The notes: generated by a model from the sequence alone, not told the origin. DNA of 20,000 bases from an uncultured virus (IMG/VR IMGVR_UViG_3300050821_007680) (IMGVR_UViG_3300050821_007680), one strand, 5' to 3'; shown: positions 1 through 8,559, counted from the first letter of the stretch. Made by a program: numbers and translations.

Positions 1-1
1 C

Positions 2-2563
2 ACTGGAAATGCTGGAAAAGATAGACCGGGCGAAAGCCCTAAAGGAGGCGAAAGCACAAAAAGCAAAACAGGCTTTAAGAAACCGGATAGCGAGTCAACA
101 GGGGGCAAAGAAGTAAAGAAAACTATCCTTACCAAACGCGCATACGAGGGTGAGGTGCAGCCCGAAGTAAAAAAATATCTGGAAGACAAGGGACTTAAAC
201 GAGCGTCCTTTAGTCAGGAGGAACGGTCAAAACAAGCTACCGACTTTATCAATAAATTCGGCGATGAACCCGCATACCATGCGGTAGATTCGGGCGATAT
301 TGATGGTGGCTTGGCTGCATCCGTGTTGGCGCAATTGCAAATACGCAACAGTGAGGCTATAGAAGATTTACCGGAAGATAGCGAAAGGCGCGACGAACTT
401 GCAAAAAAACACGCAGACCTGATCGCCCTAATGGAAAAGAGAGGGTATTTTAGCGGTGAGTTTATCGGACAACTTGCCCATGAATATCAAAATAAAGATT
501 TGAACTTTGCTTCAATCAAAAGACAGGTCGAAAAACTAACAAAAAAAACACTAACCAAAGAACAGGAATCTAAAATAAAAGAAACAGTAGCCGAAAATGA
601 AAGGTTAAAAACCGCCCTAAAAGATGCCGAAGCTAAATTGATAGAAGAAACCGACAAGGCATTCAGGGCAGGTGAAGAATCTGTTAAAAACGAGACAAAA
701 GCACAAAAAGCTAAACGGATAGCCGATAAAATACGCGCCGGCAAGATACATAGGCCAGGAATATTCAGCAATGCAACACCCGCATCGTTAGCATGGGATA
801 CGGCAGTAGAGGTTGTGGCAAAATCAGTAGAGGCTGGTGGTAAAATAGCGGATGCGATAGAATTGGGACTTGAACATATTCGCAGCACGAGTTGGTATAA
901 AGGGCTGTCTGACAAAAAGAAAACAGAAGCCGAAACAACATTTAAGCGGTATCATAATGACAATTCAGGAAGCGCTGATTTATCAGACCTTCAATCCCGG
1001 TTTGCAGACAAAACAGATAATAAATTCAACCCATCAGAAGCCCGTGATATTTGGGGTTACATGAAAGAAAATTACCTGAATAACGGCACCTCATATGCCG
1101 ATGCACTCTCAAAAACATCACAGGACTTAGGACTCTCGTGGAGGCAGGTCAGCGAGGCCGTTGTGACACCTAAACTAAAACGAATTTCGGATGAGATGTG
1201 GAAGCGAAACTCTGAACTTGCACGGAACAGGTCAGCGATAAAGAATTGGATTGGTCAGCAGGAGTCATCTGCACCTGTACGCGCGTGGAGAAAGATATCG
1301 GGCCTATTGCGGGGCATAGCTACATTCGGTCATGGTCACATATTTTTGGGAACACACGCTGGTATGACATTCTTTAATCCGTCTACATGGAGCAAGACTA
1401 TACCGGCGTTCTTCCGTGGTTTTAAGTTAGCCTATGGCACAGAGGCTGCATACGAACGCAACATGCAGGAACTAAAGAATGAACCCAACTATCTTATCGC
1501 TCAACGTGCCGGGCTAAAGAATGACCCCGACCGTATAAATGTAGAGGAGTTTCAAAAAAGTCAGCAGTATTTAGGCCGATTAGGACATGTAGGGGAGCGG
1601 GGTTTTAACACGATAAAGGTGCTTCGCCAGCATCTGTTTGACTATCACTTTAACAACCTGTCGGCAGCCGAGCGAGACGACCCGGAAGTGGCTAAAAGTA
1701 TAGCTGATTTGGTAAATCTTGCAACGGGGGCGACAACTCTTAAGCTTCCGGCATGGGTTAATGAGGTGTCTTTTGCAGGTGGCATGGAAGCGGCAAGGTG
1801 GGAAAAGCTACTAAAAAGCCCTGCAAAATCAGCAGAAACCTTAGCTAAGGTGATACGCGGCAATCCGACTCCGGCAGAAAAAGTATTTGCCAAAGTATGG
1901 GCGCGTCGGGTAGGCGAACAAGTAGCTACCTATACTTCACTATTGGCAATAAACGCAGCTATTAATAATTATTTTTATCCTAATGATAAAAAAAGATTAT
2001 TTGATCCATCTGACCCTAATTGGTGGAAATTTAAGTTTGGTAAAACAACCATTGATCCTACGTCGGGAATGCGAAGTACGGCGTCTTTCCTGTATGAACT
2101 ATCTACAATCCCATTTAAGAGTAAAGCTGAAAACTACGGAAAAAGCGGATTGGAGGCAGAAGCAAGCGCGGCAGAGGGGTATGGTCGGGGGAAACTTGCG
2201 CCTTTGTATGCCACTATATCCGACTTTGTGGACAACAAAGATTTTAACCGTAATGTTATGCCTAAATTCCCGGTAAAAGCACTTAACTTTAGGAATGATA
2301 GCCCAACTAAGGGGCATCATAAATTAACGTGGATTGAATATGGTACACAAAAACTACCTTTGCCCGTAGCAGAAGGGTTGGGTGTGTTTTATCAATCAGC
2401 ATTAGACCACGGAGCAAATAAGAAACACCTTAACTCAGTTATGGATGGTATTTTATCGGGTGTTATTTCAGGAACAACTGGCTTTAGAGTTGGCGAGTAC
2501 AAAGAAACAAAAGGCAGAATGAAAAAGACTACCTTAGACCCATCCATGCAGAAAAACAAATGA
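2..2563 (+). CDS. Large internal-virion / polyvalent-type protein, C-terminal part (probably 5'-partial)
   Basis: The frame of the 155..2563 ORF stays open back to base 2 (TGNAGKDRPGESPKGG...). The body is helical and coiled-coil. The C-terminal segment DPSDPNWWKFKFGKTTIDPTSG...KLAPLYATISDFVDNKDFNRNVMP resembles C-terminal (LPD38-like) regions of giant phage virion proteins. Confidence 0.65.
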   Translation, partial: TGNAGKDRPGESPKGGESTKSKTGFKKPDSESTGGKEVKKTILTKRAYEGEVQPEVKKYLEDKGLKRASFSQEERSKQATDFINKFGDEPAYHAVDSGDIDGGLAASVLAQLQIRNSEAIEDLPEDSERRDELAKKHADLIALMEKRGYFSGEFIGQLAHEYQNKDLNFASIKRQVEKLTKKTLTKEQESKIKETVAENERLKTALKDAEAKLIEETDKAFRAGEESVKNETKAQKAKRIADKIRAGKIHRPGIFSNATPASLAWDTAVEVVAKSVEAGGKIADAIELGLEHIRSTSWYKGLSDKKKTEAETTFKRYHNDNSGSADLSDLQSRFADKTDNKFNPSEARDIWGYMKENYLNNGTSYADALSKTSQDLGLSWRQVSEAVVTPKLKRISDEMWKRNSELARNRSAIKNWIGQQESSAPVRAWRKISGLLRGIATFGHGHIFLGTHAGMTFFNPSTWSKTIPAFFRGFKLAYGTEAAYERNMQELKNEPNYLIAQRAGLKNDPDRINVEEFQKSQQYLGRLGHVGERGFNTIKVLRQHLFDYHFNNLSAAERDDPEVAKSIADLVNLATGATTLKLPAWVNEVSFAGGMEAARWEKLLKSPAKSAETLAKVIRGNPTPAEKVFAKVWARRVGEQVATYTSLLAINAAINNYFYPNDKKRLFDPSDPNWWKFKFGKTTIDPTSGMRSTASFLYELSTIPFKSKAENYGKSGLEAEASAAEGYGRGKLAPLYATISDFVDNKDFNRNVMPKFPVKALNFRNDSPTKGHHKLTWIEYGTQKLPLPVAEGLGVFYQSALDHGANKKHLNSVMDGILSGVISGTTGFRVGEYKETKGRMKKTTLDPSMQKNK
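3..116 (+). CDS. 3' end of an alternative-frame ORF (...LEMLEKIDRAKALKEAKAQKAKQALRNRIASQQGAKK*)
   Basis: Open from base 3 to TAA 114-116 in a different frame from the large ORF. It reads as a protein-like basic helix. Confidence 0.45.
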   Translation: MEMLEKIDRAKALKEAKAQKAKQALRNRIASQQGAKK

Positions 2564-2721
2564 AACTAACCATTGAAACCGCCGCCGAAGAATCGGTGAA
2601 ACAATATCCCAGCGGCGAGGTGGTTGTTAAGGTTGTAAAAGAAGATTTTGAACAGTTGAAAAATATTATATTGGAGGCGATTGAAAATGGAAATAAAATT
2701 TGTACACAACCTACCGCTTGA
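2560..2721 (+). CDS. Small hypothetical protein, 53 aa (MKLTIETAAEESVKQYPSGEVVVKVVKEDFEQLKNIILEAIENGNKICTQPTA)
   Basis: ATGA overlap with the stop of the large gene. It fills the gap to the GNAT gene and is below the ORF-track cutoff. Confidence 0.6.
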   Translation: MKLTIETAAEESVKQYPSGEVVVKVVKEDFEQLKNIILEAIENGNKICTQPTA

Positions 2722-3184
2722 ACAATCATTGATTTTTGAAGAAATTTATGATGAAAACCTGCAAATGGACTTGGAAGAAAAACTGGAGCTTAAAGATGAT
2801 GGGGCTGAATTTATTTTTATGATAAACGGGGAAAGTGGCGAACTTATAGGCGAAACTTATTTTATCCCGTTGGATGTTTTTGAGGGTGAAGAACCTGATC
2901 CGCTACAACCCGATGAGGGTTTAACGTCTTATTTTGGTAAGGGGTTGATTTATTGTTATTCAACAACAATATTACCAAAACACCAACAGAAAGGTTTTGG
3001 TAAGTTATTAAAAGCATATTTATACGGGTATGTTTACGCCAAGGGGTATAAAGGCAGTATAGCACACGCTAAAGCGGGGGCGTCTATTAAATTAAATACG
3101 TATTTTGGGGCTGAAATAGTTGGTGAATTTGAGAACTGGTATCAAACCGGAATTACCCATTATCTTTATTTGAAGTGGTTTTAG
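2687..3184 (+). CDS. GNAT-family N-acetyltransferase
   Basis: Acetyl-CoA-binding motif A YSTTILPKHQQKGFGKLLK. C-terminal ASIKLNTYFGAEIVGEFENWY resembles motif B of RimI-like GNATs. GGAGG at 2673-2677 precedes ATG 2687. Confidence 0.85.
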   Translation: MEIKFVHNLPLEQSLIFEEIYDENLQMDLEEKLELKDDGAEFIFMINGESGELIGETYFIPLDVFEGEEPDPLQPDEGLTSYFGKGLIYCYSTTILPKHQQKGFGKLLKAYLYGYVYAKGYKGSIAHAKAGASIKLNTYFGAEIVGEFENWYQTGITHYLYLKWF

Positions 3185-3576
3185 AAAGGCAGAAAAAAGA
3201 TTACGACTGTGGTGTATATGCTGTTAATTTTTTAATGGAATTGCATGGTATATATAATTTTGGGATTGATTTTTTAGAGCAAGAACTTAAAACTACCGCT
3301 GACAACGGAACAACACATGAGGATATTTCAAACTGGTTTAATAATGATGTTTTAAGCGGGTATGATAGTGATATTAATAAAATAAAGGTACCGGCATTGG
3401 TCAATTACCAATATGATGGTGAGGGTCATTATGGGGTTGTTTTATGTATAACAAAAAAGATGGTAACGATATATAATCCCGCTATTGGAGATATCGAAAT
3501 AGTAGATAAGGGACAATTTATTTTAAGTTGGTATAGTGAACGTTACGGGAATAAATGGTATTTGTCACTGAAATGA
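3175..3576 (+). CDS. Stand-alone C39-like cysteine peptidase
   Basis: Q-x5-CG (RQKKDYDCG), GTT, GHYGVV and IYNPA motifs give a Cys/His/Asn triad. There is no fused ABC transporter. Confidence 0.85.
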   Translation: MVLERQKKDYDCGVYAVNFLMELHGIYNFGIDFLEQELKTTADNGTTHEDISNWFNNDVLSGYDSDINKIKVPALVNYQYDGEGHYGVVLCITKKMVTIYNPAIGDIEIVDKGQFILSWYSERYGNKWYLSLK

Positions 3577-4838
3577 TGGAAGAAGTAAACCTTAAAGAGA
3601 AAACAATATGCGTGTATGATGAGCGGCTTTGTGTTTCATTGGCACAGCGGCTTGCCCGTGATTACGGTCGTGTTTTATACTTTAGTGAGTGGGCTTGTGC
3701 GTTCCCGTATAAAAAAGACAGCCTTGTTGGCTACGGTATAGAGGGTATTGAACGTATAAAATACTTTTGGCCGTATCTCGATGAAATTGATGTTTTTTGT
3801 TTTCCATTTATTTACAGACCGGATTTACAGGAATATTTAAGAAGCATAGGCAAACAGGTGTGGGGGTCAGGATGGGGGCAAGAAATAGAACTTGACAGGG
3901 CTGATACGAATGGAGATTTACCTAAATTTGGGCTTCCTCAACCATTCATAACTGTCGTAAATGGAGTTGACAATCTGCGTGAGCATCTTTCATCAGTAAA
4001 GAATAAATATATTAAGGTTAGCCAATGGCGCGGTGACAATGAAACATGGAAGCATGAAGATATAAAAACATCTACATCTAAATTAGACGAACTGTCAGTT
4101 GAACTTGGCCCAGAAAAGGATGATTTTGAATTTATAATTGAGGATAAAATAGACGGGGAAGAGTGGGGCTATGACGGATTTTCCGTGAATGGTGAGTTTC
4201 CCAAAACTACACTTTTTGGTATTGAAATTAAGGATTTAGGCTACTGTGCCCATGTTAAAAAACATAAGGATATATCTCCATTGATAACCGACTACCTTGA
4301 TGCTATTGCTCCAACACTTAAAGCTAACGACTACGCTAATTTTTTTCATTCTGAAAACAGAATTACACCTAAAAAGGTATCTTTCCCTATTGATATAACA
4401 TGCCGGATTGGTTTACCACCGGGGGAACTATATATGGAAATGTGTTCAAACCTACCAGAAATCATTTGGTATGGTAGTATCGGCAAGCTTAAAGAGCCTG
4501 AATTTGAAGCTAAATATGGGATTCAAGTAAATATATATTCGAGCAGAAGTGATGATAAATGGAATGAGATACGCTTCCCAAAGGAGATTGACAGGTGGGT
4601 GAAATTGCGCTCGTGTATGAAAAAAAATGACACTTGGTATATTGTGCCTGGAATCGAGCAACTTTTTGAGATAGGTGCAGTTGTGGCTATCGGAAATACA
4701 ATGGATGAATGTATTGAAAAAGTAAAAGAGTATGCCAAACAAATTAAAGGGCATTTGATTGATAAAAAAATAGGCTCAATTGAGGATATGAAGGGGTGTA
4801 TAGAGAATGGTAAGAAAATTGGTATTAATTTCGATTAA
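3573..4838 (+). CDS. ATP-grasp ligase, divergent PurD (GAR synthetase)-like
   Basis: PurD-like spacing of motifs: WGSGWGQEIELDR..KFGLPQP, YIK, FIIEDKIDGEE, DITCRIGLPP (cf. EFNxRFGDPE) and IGAVVAIGNTMDECIEK (cf. GRVLxVxAxGxTLEEA). It lacks the PurD GxGGREH and GPNTGGMG motifs. ATGA overlap with the C39 stop. Confidence 0.75.
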   Translation: MMEEVNLKEKTICVYDERLCVSLAQRLARDYGRVLYFSEWACAFPYKKDSLVGYGIEGIERIKYFWPYLDEIDVFCFPFIYRPDLQEYLRSIGKQVWGSGWGQEIELDRADTNGDLPKFGLPQPFITVVNGVDNLREHLSSVKNKYIKVSQWRGDNETWKHEDIKTSTSKLDELSVELGPEKDDFEFIIEDKIDGEEWGYDGFSVNGEFPKTTLFGIEIKDLGYCAHVKKHKDISPLITDYLDAIAPTLKANDYANFFHSENRITPKKVSFPIDITCRIGLPPGELYMEMCSNLPEIIWYGSIGKLKEPEFEAKYGIQVNIYSSRSDDKWNEIRFPKEIDRWVKLRSCMKKNDTWYIVPGIEQLFEIGAVVAIGNTMDECIEKVKEYAKQIKGHLIDKKIGSIEDMKGCIENGKKIGINFD

Positions 4839-4869
4839 TTATTTTATATATTTATAAAAAATTACAGCA

Positions 4870-5439
4870 ATGGAAATCCTGCTCAATAGCGCCAATGATA
4901 TTTACACCGTAACACTTGATGTTACAGGTAAAACCCTGACCATATCCGGGTGTAATAATTTCCCGCTTGACGTAAGTTCATTAAAGGAGATTTATAATAC
5001 CACACATGCCGGAAATATCGGGCTGCCTGCCGCTAATCAGTTCGCATGGTTCAGGTCAAATGGACTGCCTATTTTTGTTTGGGGATTATCCTCTTTTCCG
5101 GCAGGTTCAGATAATGGTGACACCCTGAATGTGATGCTTGATATACCCCGGACACAATCAATACTATCCCTACAGCAAAAACAGGCATCGGCATCGGCTG
5201 GAACTCCCGGAACGCTCATGACCGCCGAAGTACCATCGGGTACTATAAATGGAACAAATCAAACATTTACGCTGGCGAACACGCCCATAAAGGGCGCAAT
5301 TATGTTGATCTATACACCATCCGGGCAACCGACACAATTTTTACAGTACGGGGTTTATTTTACCGTTTCCGGCAATACCGTTGAGATAGTTGTTCCACCA
5401 TTAACAGGCAGTACACTTTATGCTAACTATTATCACTAA
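4870..5439 (+). CDS. Putative virion structural protein
   Basis: Thr/Gly/Ser-rich beta-type sequence. The C-terminal EVPSGTINGTNQTFTLANTP...FTVSGNTV module is typical of phage tail or decoration proteins. Confidence 0.6.
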   Translation: MEILLNSANDIYTVTLDVTGKTLTISGCNNFPLDVSSLKEIYNTTHAGNIGLPAANQFAWFRSNGLPIFVWGLSSFPAGSDNGDTLNVMLDIPRTQSILSLQQKQASASAGTPGTLMTAEVPSGTINGTNQTFTLANTPIKGAIMLIYTPSGQPTQFLQYGVYFTVSGNTVEIVVPPLTGSTLYANYYH

Positions 5440-5912
5440 TGCCATCAACACCGAGCGGAACAGCAGTAGAGAATAGCCTGACAGGGGGCAGCATCTTATA
5501 TACCGATACAGGTACATACGGCCCGGTTAGTTCCCGTGTGTTGACTATTTTCGATTATCAGGGCAATTTATTGAGTACGATAAACATGGGTACTGGGCTT
5601 ACGGCCACCTATACATTTCCTTCGGATGCCTGGTTTAAGTTTGTCTGTACGGTGATTGATAACACGGGTACATGGGTAACGACGGTATATATCGTTACTG
5701 ACGGATACTATTGGGCTACCTATACCAGCATTTTCACCTCGGCCAATTGTGGATGTGTGGGCAATAACTGCAACCTTGAAGTAAGCTGGCAATGTTTACA
5801 GGCGGCGTTACGCTTTAACCTCGCGGGGCTGTCCGGCGCGGCTTCTGCACAGAATTGCATAGTTGCGGCTAATTATTTTGTAAACCAAAATGCTGTAATC
5901 CAATACGCGTGA
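5439..5912 (+). CDS. Putative virion structural protein
   Basis: TAATG overlap with the upstream gene. Ig-like beta N-terminus followed by a Cys-containing helical C-terminus (NCGCVGNNC). Confidence 0.55.
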   Translation: MPSTPSGTAVENSLTGGSILYTDTGTYGPVSSRVLTIFDYQGNLLSTINMGTGLTATYTFPSDAWFKFVCTVIDNTGTWVTTVYIVTDGYYWATYTSIFTSANCGCVGNNCNLEVSWQCLQAALRFNLAGLSGAASAQNCIVAANYFVNQNAVIQYA

Positions 5913-5913
5913 T

Positions 5914-6732
5914 ATGCCTACGTCAGCACAAGTCCAAACCAGCCTATTAACCGCACAACTCAAAGCGGCCAACCTTACGCTGACAAACATTCTTGCTTTA
6001 CAGGCGGGCGCACTGAGTGCGAACTGGAAGTATATATTTAAGGCGCAAAGGGGCATAAATATTATTCAGAACAAATATAATCAGGGCGACCTATCATCTG
6101 TTACCTTTAAAACCGCCTATTCGTGTTTAACATCGTTTATAGGTAATTATACAGGCGGCACCATTGACCCTAACGCGCAAAATCCGGGTACTGTTATCAA
6201 TATTACAAATCCCGGTGCTACGCCGGTACTGGTAGAATTAAATTTCCCAAAAGGTTCACCAAACCCAATTGTTATATCAAGCTGGCAGGCGATATACTCC
6301 CCAATTTTAGGCAACTTCCCATCAATCCAAGTGTCTACACTCATACCGGACGCTATAAGCACGTTTAAGACACTTGTTCCCGGAAGTGGTGGTATTAACG
6401 GAACATATTACGTTAACCTTGCTGGCGGCAGCGGAAGTGGCGCCAGCGCCTTAATAACCATTGCTGGTAATGTTGTGACATCCGTAACCCTTGATAAAAC
6501 CGGTTCAGCCTACGCCGTAAACGATGTCCTCACCGGCACATTCGGCAGCATATCAGGTTTCAGCATCACTGTAGCGTCGATAGGGGCGACATACACGCCG
6601 TTTACAGCGGGTGCGGTGAAGGTGTATGACCAGGCGACTTCCTCGTTGCTCCAGTATCTGTATATTGATGATCCTGATATAGCTAACCCCCTCCTTACCG
6701 GCGATGCTATTCGGGTGTTGATGAAGCCGTAG
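5914..6732 (+). CDS. Putative virion structural (tail/baseplate-type) protein
   Basis: The module GSGGINGTY..LAGGSGSGASALITIAGNVVTSVTLDKTGSAYAVNDVLT recurs in phage tail and baseplate proteins. Confidence 0.6.
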   Translation: MPTSAQVQTSLLTAQLKAANLTLTNILALQAGALSANWKYIFKAQRGINIIQNKYNQGDLSSVTFKTAYSCLTSFIGNYTGGTIDPNAQNPGTVINITNPGATPVLVELNFPKGSPNPIVISSWQAIYSPILGNFPSIQVSTLIPDAISTFKTLVPGSGGINGTYYVNLAGGSGSGASALITIAGNVVTSVTLDKTGSAYAVNDVLTGTFGSISGFSITVASIGATYTPFTAGAVKVYDQATSSLLQYLYIDDPDIANPLLTGDAIRVLMKP

Positions 6733-7369
6733 AAAAGAGAGTTGGAATTTCTGTAATATTACCCCATTGTTCCGCCATGGCATTTGCGATACCTTGAAAT
6801 GTTTTACTTCTTTCTTTAGCGCTATCCCATGCCTTAAATATCGGCAATTCTGATTTTTTACGTGTCCCGTTTTTTAATAACCCCCCTTGTGTTGAATTAC
6901 TTGTATAATGATATGTTGGCTCGACAATATTGGTAGGCATTAATAGAGGTAGCCCTTTTAACCACAAGCAAGTTCTCTTTTTAAACGGGTCGCCAAATTG
7001 GTATGGGTTTATTATCTGATCCGGTTTTCTATAAACCCTTGACATTATACCCGTCGGATTTTCAATTGCTATTTTACTGCATGTATTATTTACGAATAAC
7101 ATAAAGAAATCAATCGCTGATTGCTGTCTGCCGTCTAATTGTTTTTGTTTCCAACCGGGCGCGCCGGCTGCTGATAAATGCGTACATGGCGGGAAAGCTA
7201 TAATCATACCCCATTGCTGTTTCAACAACTCGGTTACATCTTTTTGTAGGTGCCATTCGGGGTGACCGCCACTACACGGCAATATATCACATGAATATGC
7301 TTCATGGCCCCGCTTCCTAAACTCAATAGTCACGACCTGACTTTCTTCACAAGCTATTAATATTTTCAT
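6707..7369 (-). CDS. Phage-type DNA cytosine (C5) methyltransferase
   Basis: ILIACEES variant of motif I, SCD motif II, FPPCTHL catalytic PC motif IV, IENP motif VI, KxTCLW motif VIII and RSKTFxGIAxAMAEQWG motif X. It overlaps the convergent + strand gene by 26 nt. Confidence 0.85.
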   Translation of the reverse strand: MKILIACEESQVVTIEFRKRGHEAYSCDILPCSGGHPEWHLQKDVTELLKQQWGMIIAFPPCTHLSAAGAPGWKQKQLDGRQQSAIDFFMLFVNNTCSKIAIENPTGIMSRVYRKPDQIINPYQFGDPFKKRTCLWLKGLPLLMPTNIVEPTYHYTSNSTQGGLLKNGTRKKSELPIFKAWDSAKERSKTFQGIANAMAEQWGNITEIPTLFSTASSTPE

Positions 7370-7542
7370 CTTATCTCCGAATGTAAAGTATCCACATTAA
7401 TATCAAGGGTGGTGTCGAAATCGACCTTGTATGGCACCGTTTTAGGATGCGGTGTATCTTTTATCCACCAAAAGGCAATTATGGCTATCAGCAGTACTAA
7501 CAAGAATAATCGGTGCAGGGTGTTTTGGGTTGGACGGTTCAT
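7366..7542 (-). CDS. Small single-TM protein, 58 aa (MNRPTQNTLHRLFLLVLLIAIIAFWWIKD...)
   Basis: ATGA overlap with the methyltransferase start and one hydrophobic helix. Confidence 0.6.
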   Translation of the reverse strand: MNRPTQNTLHRLFLLVLLIAIIAFWWIKDTPHPKTVPYKVDFDTTLDINVDTLHSEIR

Positions 7543-7545
7543 GGT

Positions 7546-7884
7546 TTATTTAAGACTTGCAATTAAATCACGTTCATAATTACTTATATCTTGTTTTCCA
7601 GGCTTGCCACCCGATTCATTCAAAATCTTTTTAGCCCTTAAAATAGTCAGACGAGATGGCCGGTATCGCTGAATACCCTTTCTCAACCAAAAGCAACAAT
7701 AGGGATAATTTTCAATCCAAATTCTTGCATTTCCTAAATCGGCGTTATGATGATCTATATTGGTAAATTTGTGATTATTCAATAACTCGTTTAATTTATC
7801 GTCCCATTGTTTATTAAAGGGTATCAACATCAACCAAAAACTTGGCCTGAATATGAATTGTAAATTTTTTATGAAGTCTTTCAT
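7546..7884 (-). CDS. Hypothetical phage protein
   Basis: 112-aa ORF in the minus-strand gene run. Confidence 0.7.
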   Translation of the reverse strand: MKDFIKNLQFIFRPSFWLMLIPFNKQWDDKLNELLNNHKFTNIDHHNADLGNARIWIENYPYCCFWLRKGIQRYRPSRLTILRAKKILNESGGKPGKQDISNYERDLIASLK

Positions 7885-7921
7885 TTTATCGTTGTTTTAT
7901 CAATGGCTAAACCTTTGGGGA

Positions 7922-8176
7922 TTAAATTACAGTAGTACCAAGTGACATAATGCAGTACCCTTCAGATAATCCAGGCACTTCTAAGTTGCGTATAACATCA
8001 TTGACCATTACGACCAATTCTTCACCTGTATATCTATCATCTTTGGGTACGTATTCTCTTAGATGTAAATAATCCCCGGGCTGATACTTGCGGTCGTCTT
8101 TACGCAATTCAAATCGCTTTGAACCGTTTAATACCATTTGGAAGTATCTTGGCCATGTTTTTAGTTCGTGTATCAT
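7922..8176 (-). CDS. DUF3850 / ASCH (PUA-like) domain protein
   Basis: HELKTWPRYFxxVLNGSKRFELRKDDRKYQPGDYLHLREY signature. Confidence 0.85.
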   Translation of the reverse strand: MIHELKTWPRYFQMVLNGSKRFELRKDDRKYQPGDYLHLREYVPKDDRYTGEELVVMVNDVIRNLEVPGLSEGYCIMSLGTTVI

Positions 8177-8277
8177 TTTTCTTTCACTAAGTTAACAAGT
8201 TTCACAGCAAGCCAAAAGGCAGCCCCTACCATTACCAAGCCGGTTAGGGCGGAATAGAGTGTCCAGAGAAAGATCAT
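8173..8277 (-). CDS. Small single-TM protein, 34 aa (MIFLWTLYSALTGLVMVGAAFWLAVKLVNLVKEK)
   Basis: ATGA overlaps at both ends. Confidence 0.55.
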   Translation of the reverse strand: MIFLWTLYSALTGLVMVGAAFWLAVKLVNLVKEK

Positions 8278-8540
8278 GGGCGTAGTAGTTTACGTAACCG
8301 CATCACAAATGATAACTTATCCGGCTGTTTCTTCTTCCGCTTATTGATTTCAGCAACACGCTTTTTCAAGTTGCCAGGCATCTCGGTTTTTACAGTAGCA
8401 TCTTTAAACTTTGGCATTATCGGTTTTTTTAACGGGCGTGCCTTATCACATAATCGTTCTTTATCATCTGCCGCCCATCCGGTATGCCCTTTAGGATTTT
8501 CCGGTTCGGGGGTAATTACTTTTAGGGTTGATTTGTTCAT
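8274..8540 (-). CDS. Hypothetical basic protein
   Basis: 88-aa ORF with an AT-rich upstream region. Confidence 0.6.
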   Translation of the reverse strand: MNKSTLKVITPEPENPKGHTGWAADDKERLCDKARPLKKPIMPKFKDATVKTEMPGNLKKRVAEINKRKKKQPDKLSFVMRLRKLLRP

Positions 8541-8559
8541 GGTTTTTAATTAATAAATA

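Noticed and set aside
487..2729. Antisense and alternate-frame ORFs within or across the large gene (487-915, 870-1064, 1645-1893, 1983-2276, 2099-2320, 2529-2729)
   Set aside because: They are shadow ORFs with no recognisable motifs or protein-like composition.
2687..3184. GNAT as a toxin-antitoxin toxin or Mom-like DNA modifier
   Set aside because: The upstream 53-aa ORF does not look like a DUF1778/RHH antitoxin, and I see no Mom-family features. Coupling to C39 and ATP-grasp is a better explanation, though these roles are not formally excluded.
3573..4838. Calling the ligase purD (auxiliary purine metabolism gene)
   Set aside because: Key PurD substrate motifs are not recognisable and there are no other pur genes, so the symbol is withheld.
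4847..4854. TATATTTA as a promoter for the 4870 structural genes
   Set aside because: It has one mismatch to TAnnTTTG in a very AT-rich gap and no well-spaced -33 box. It is plausible but unsupported.
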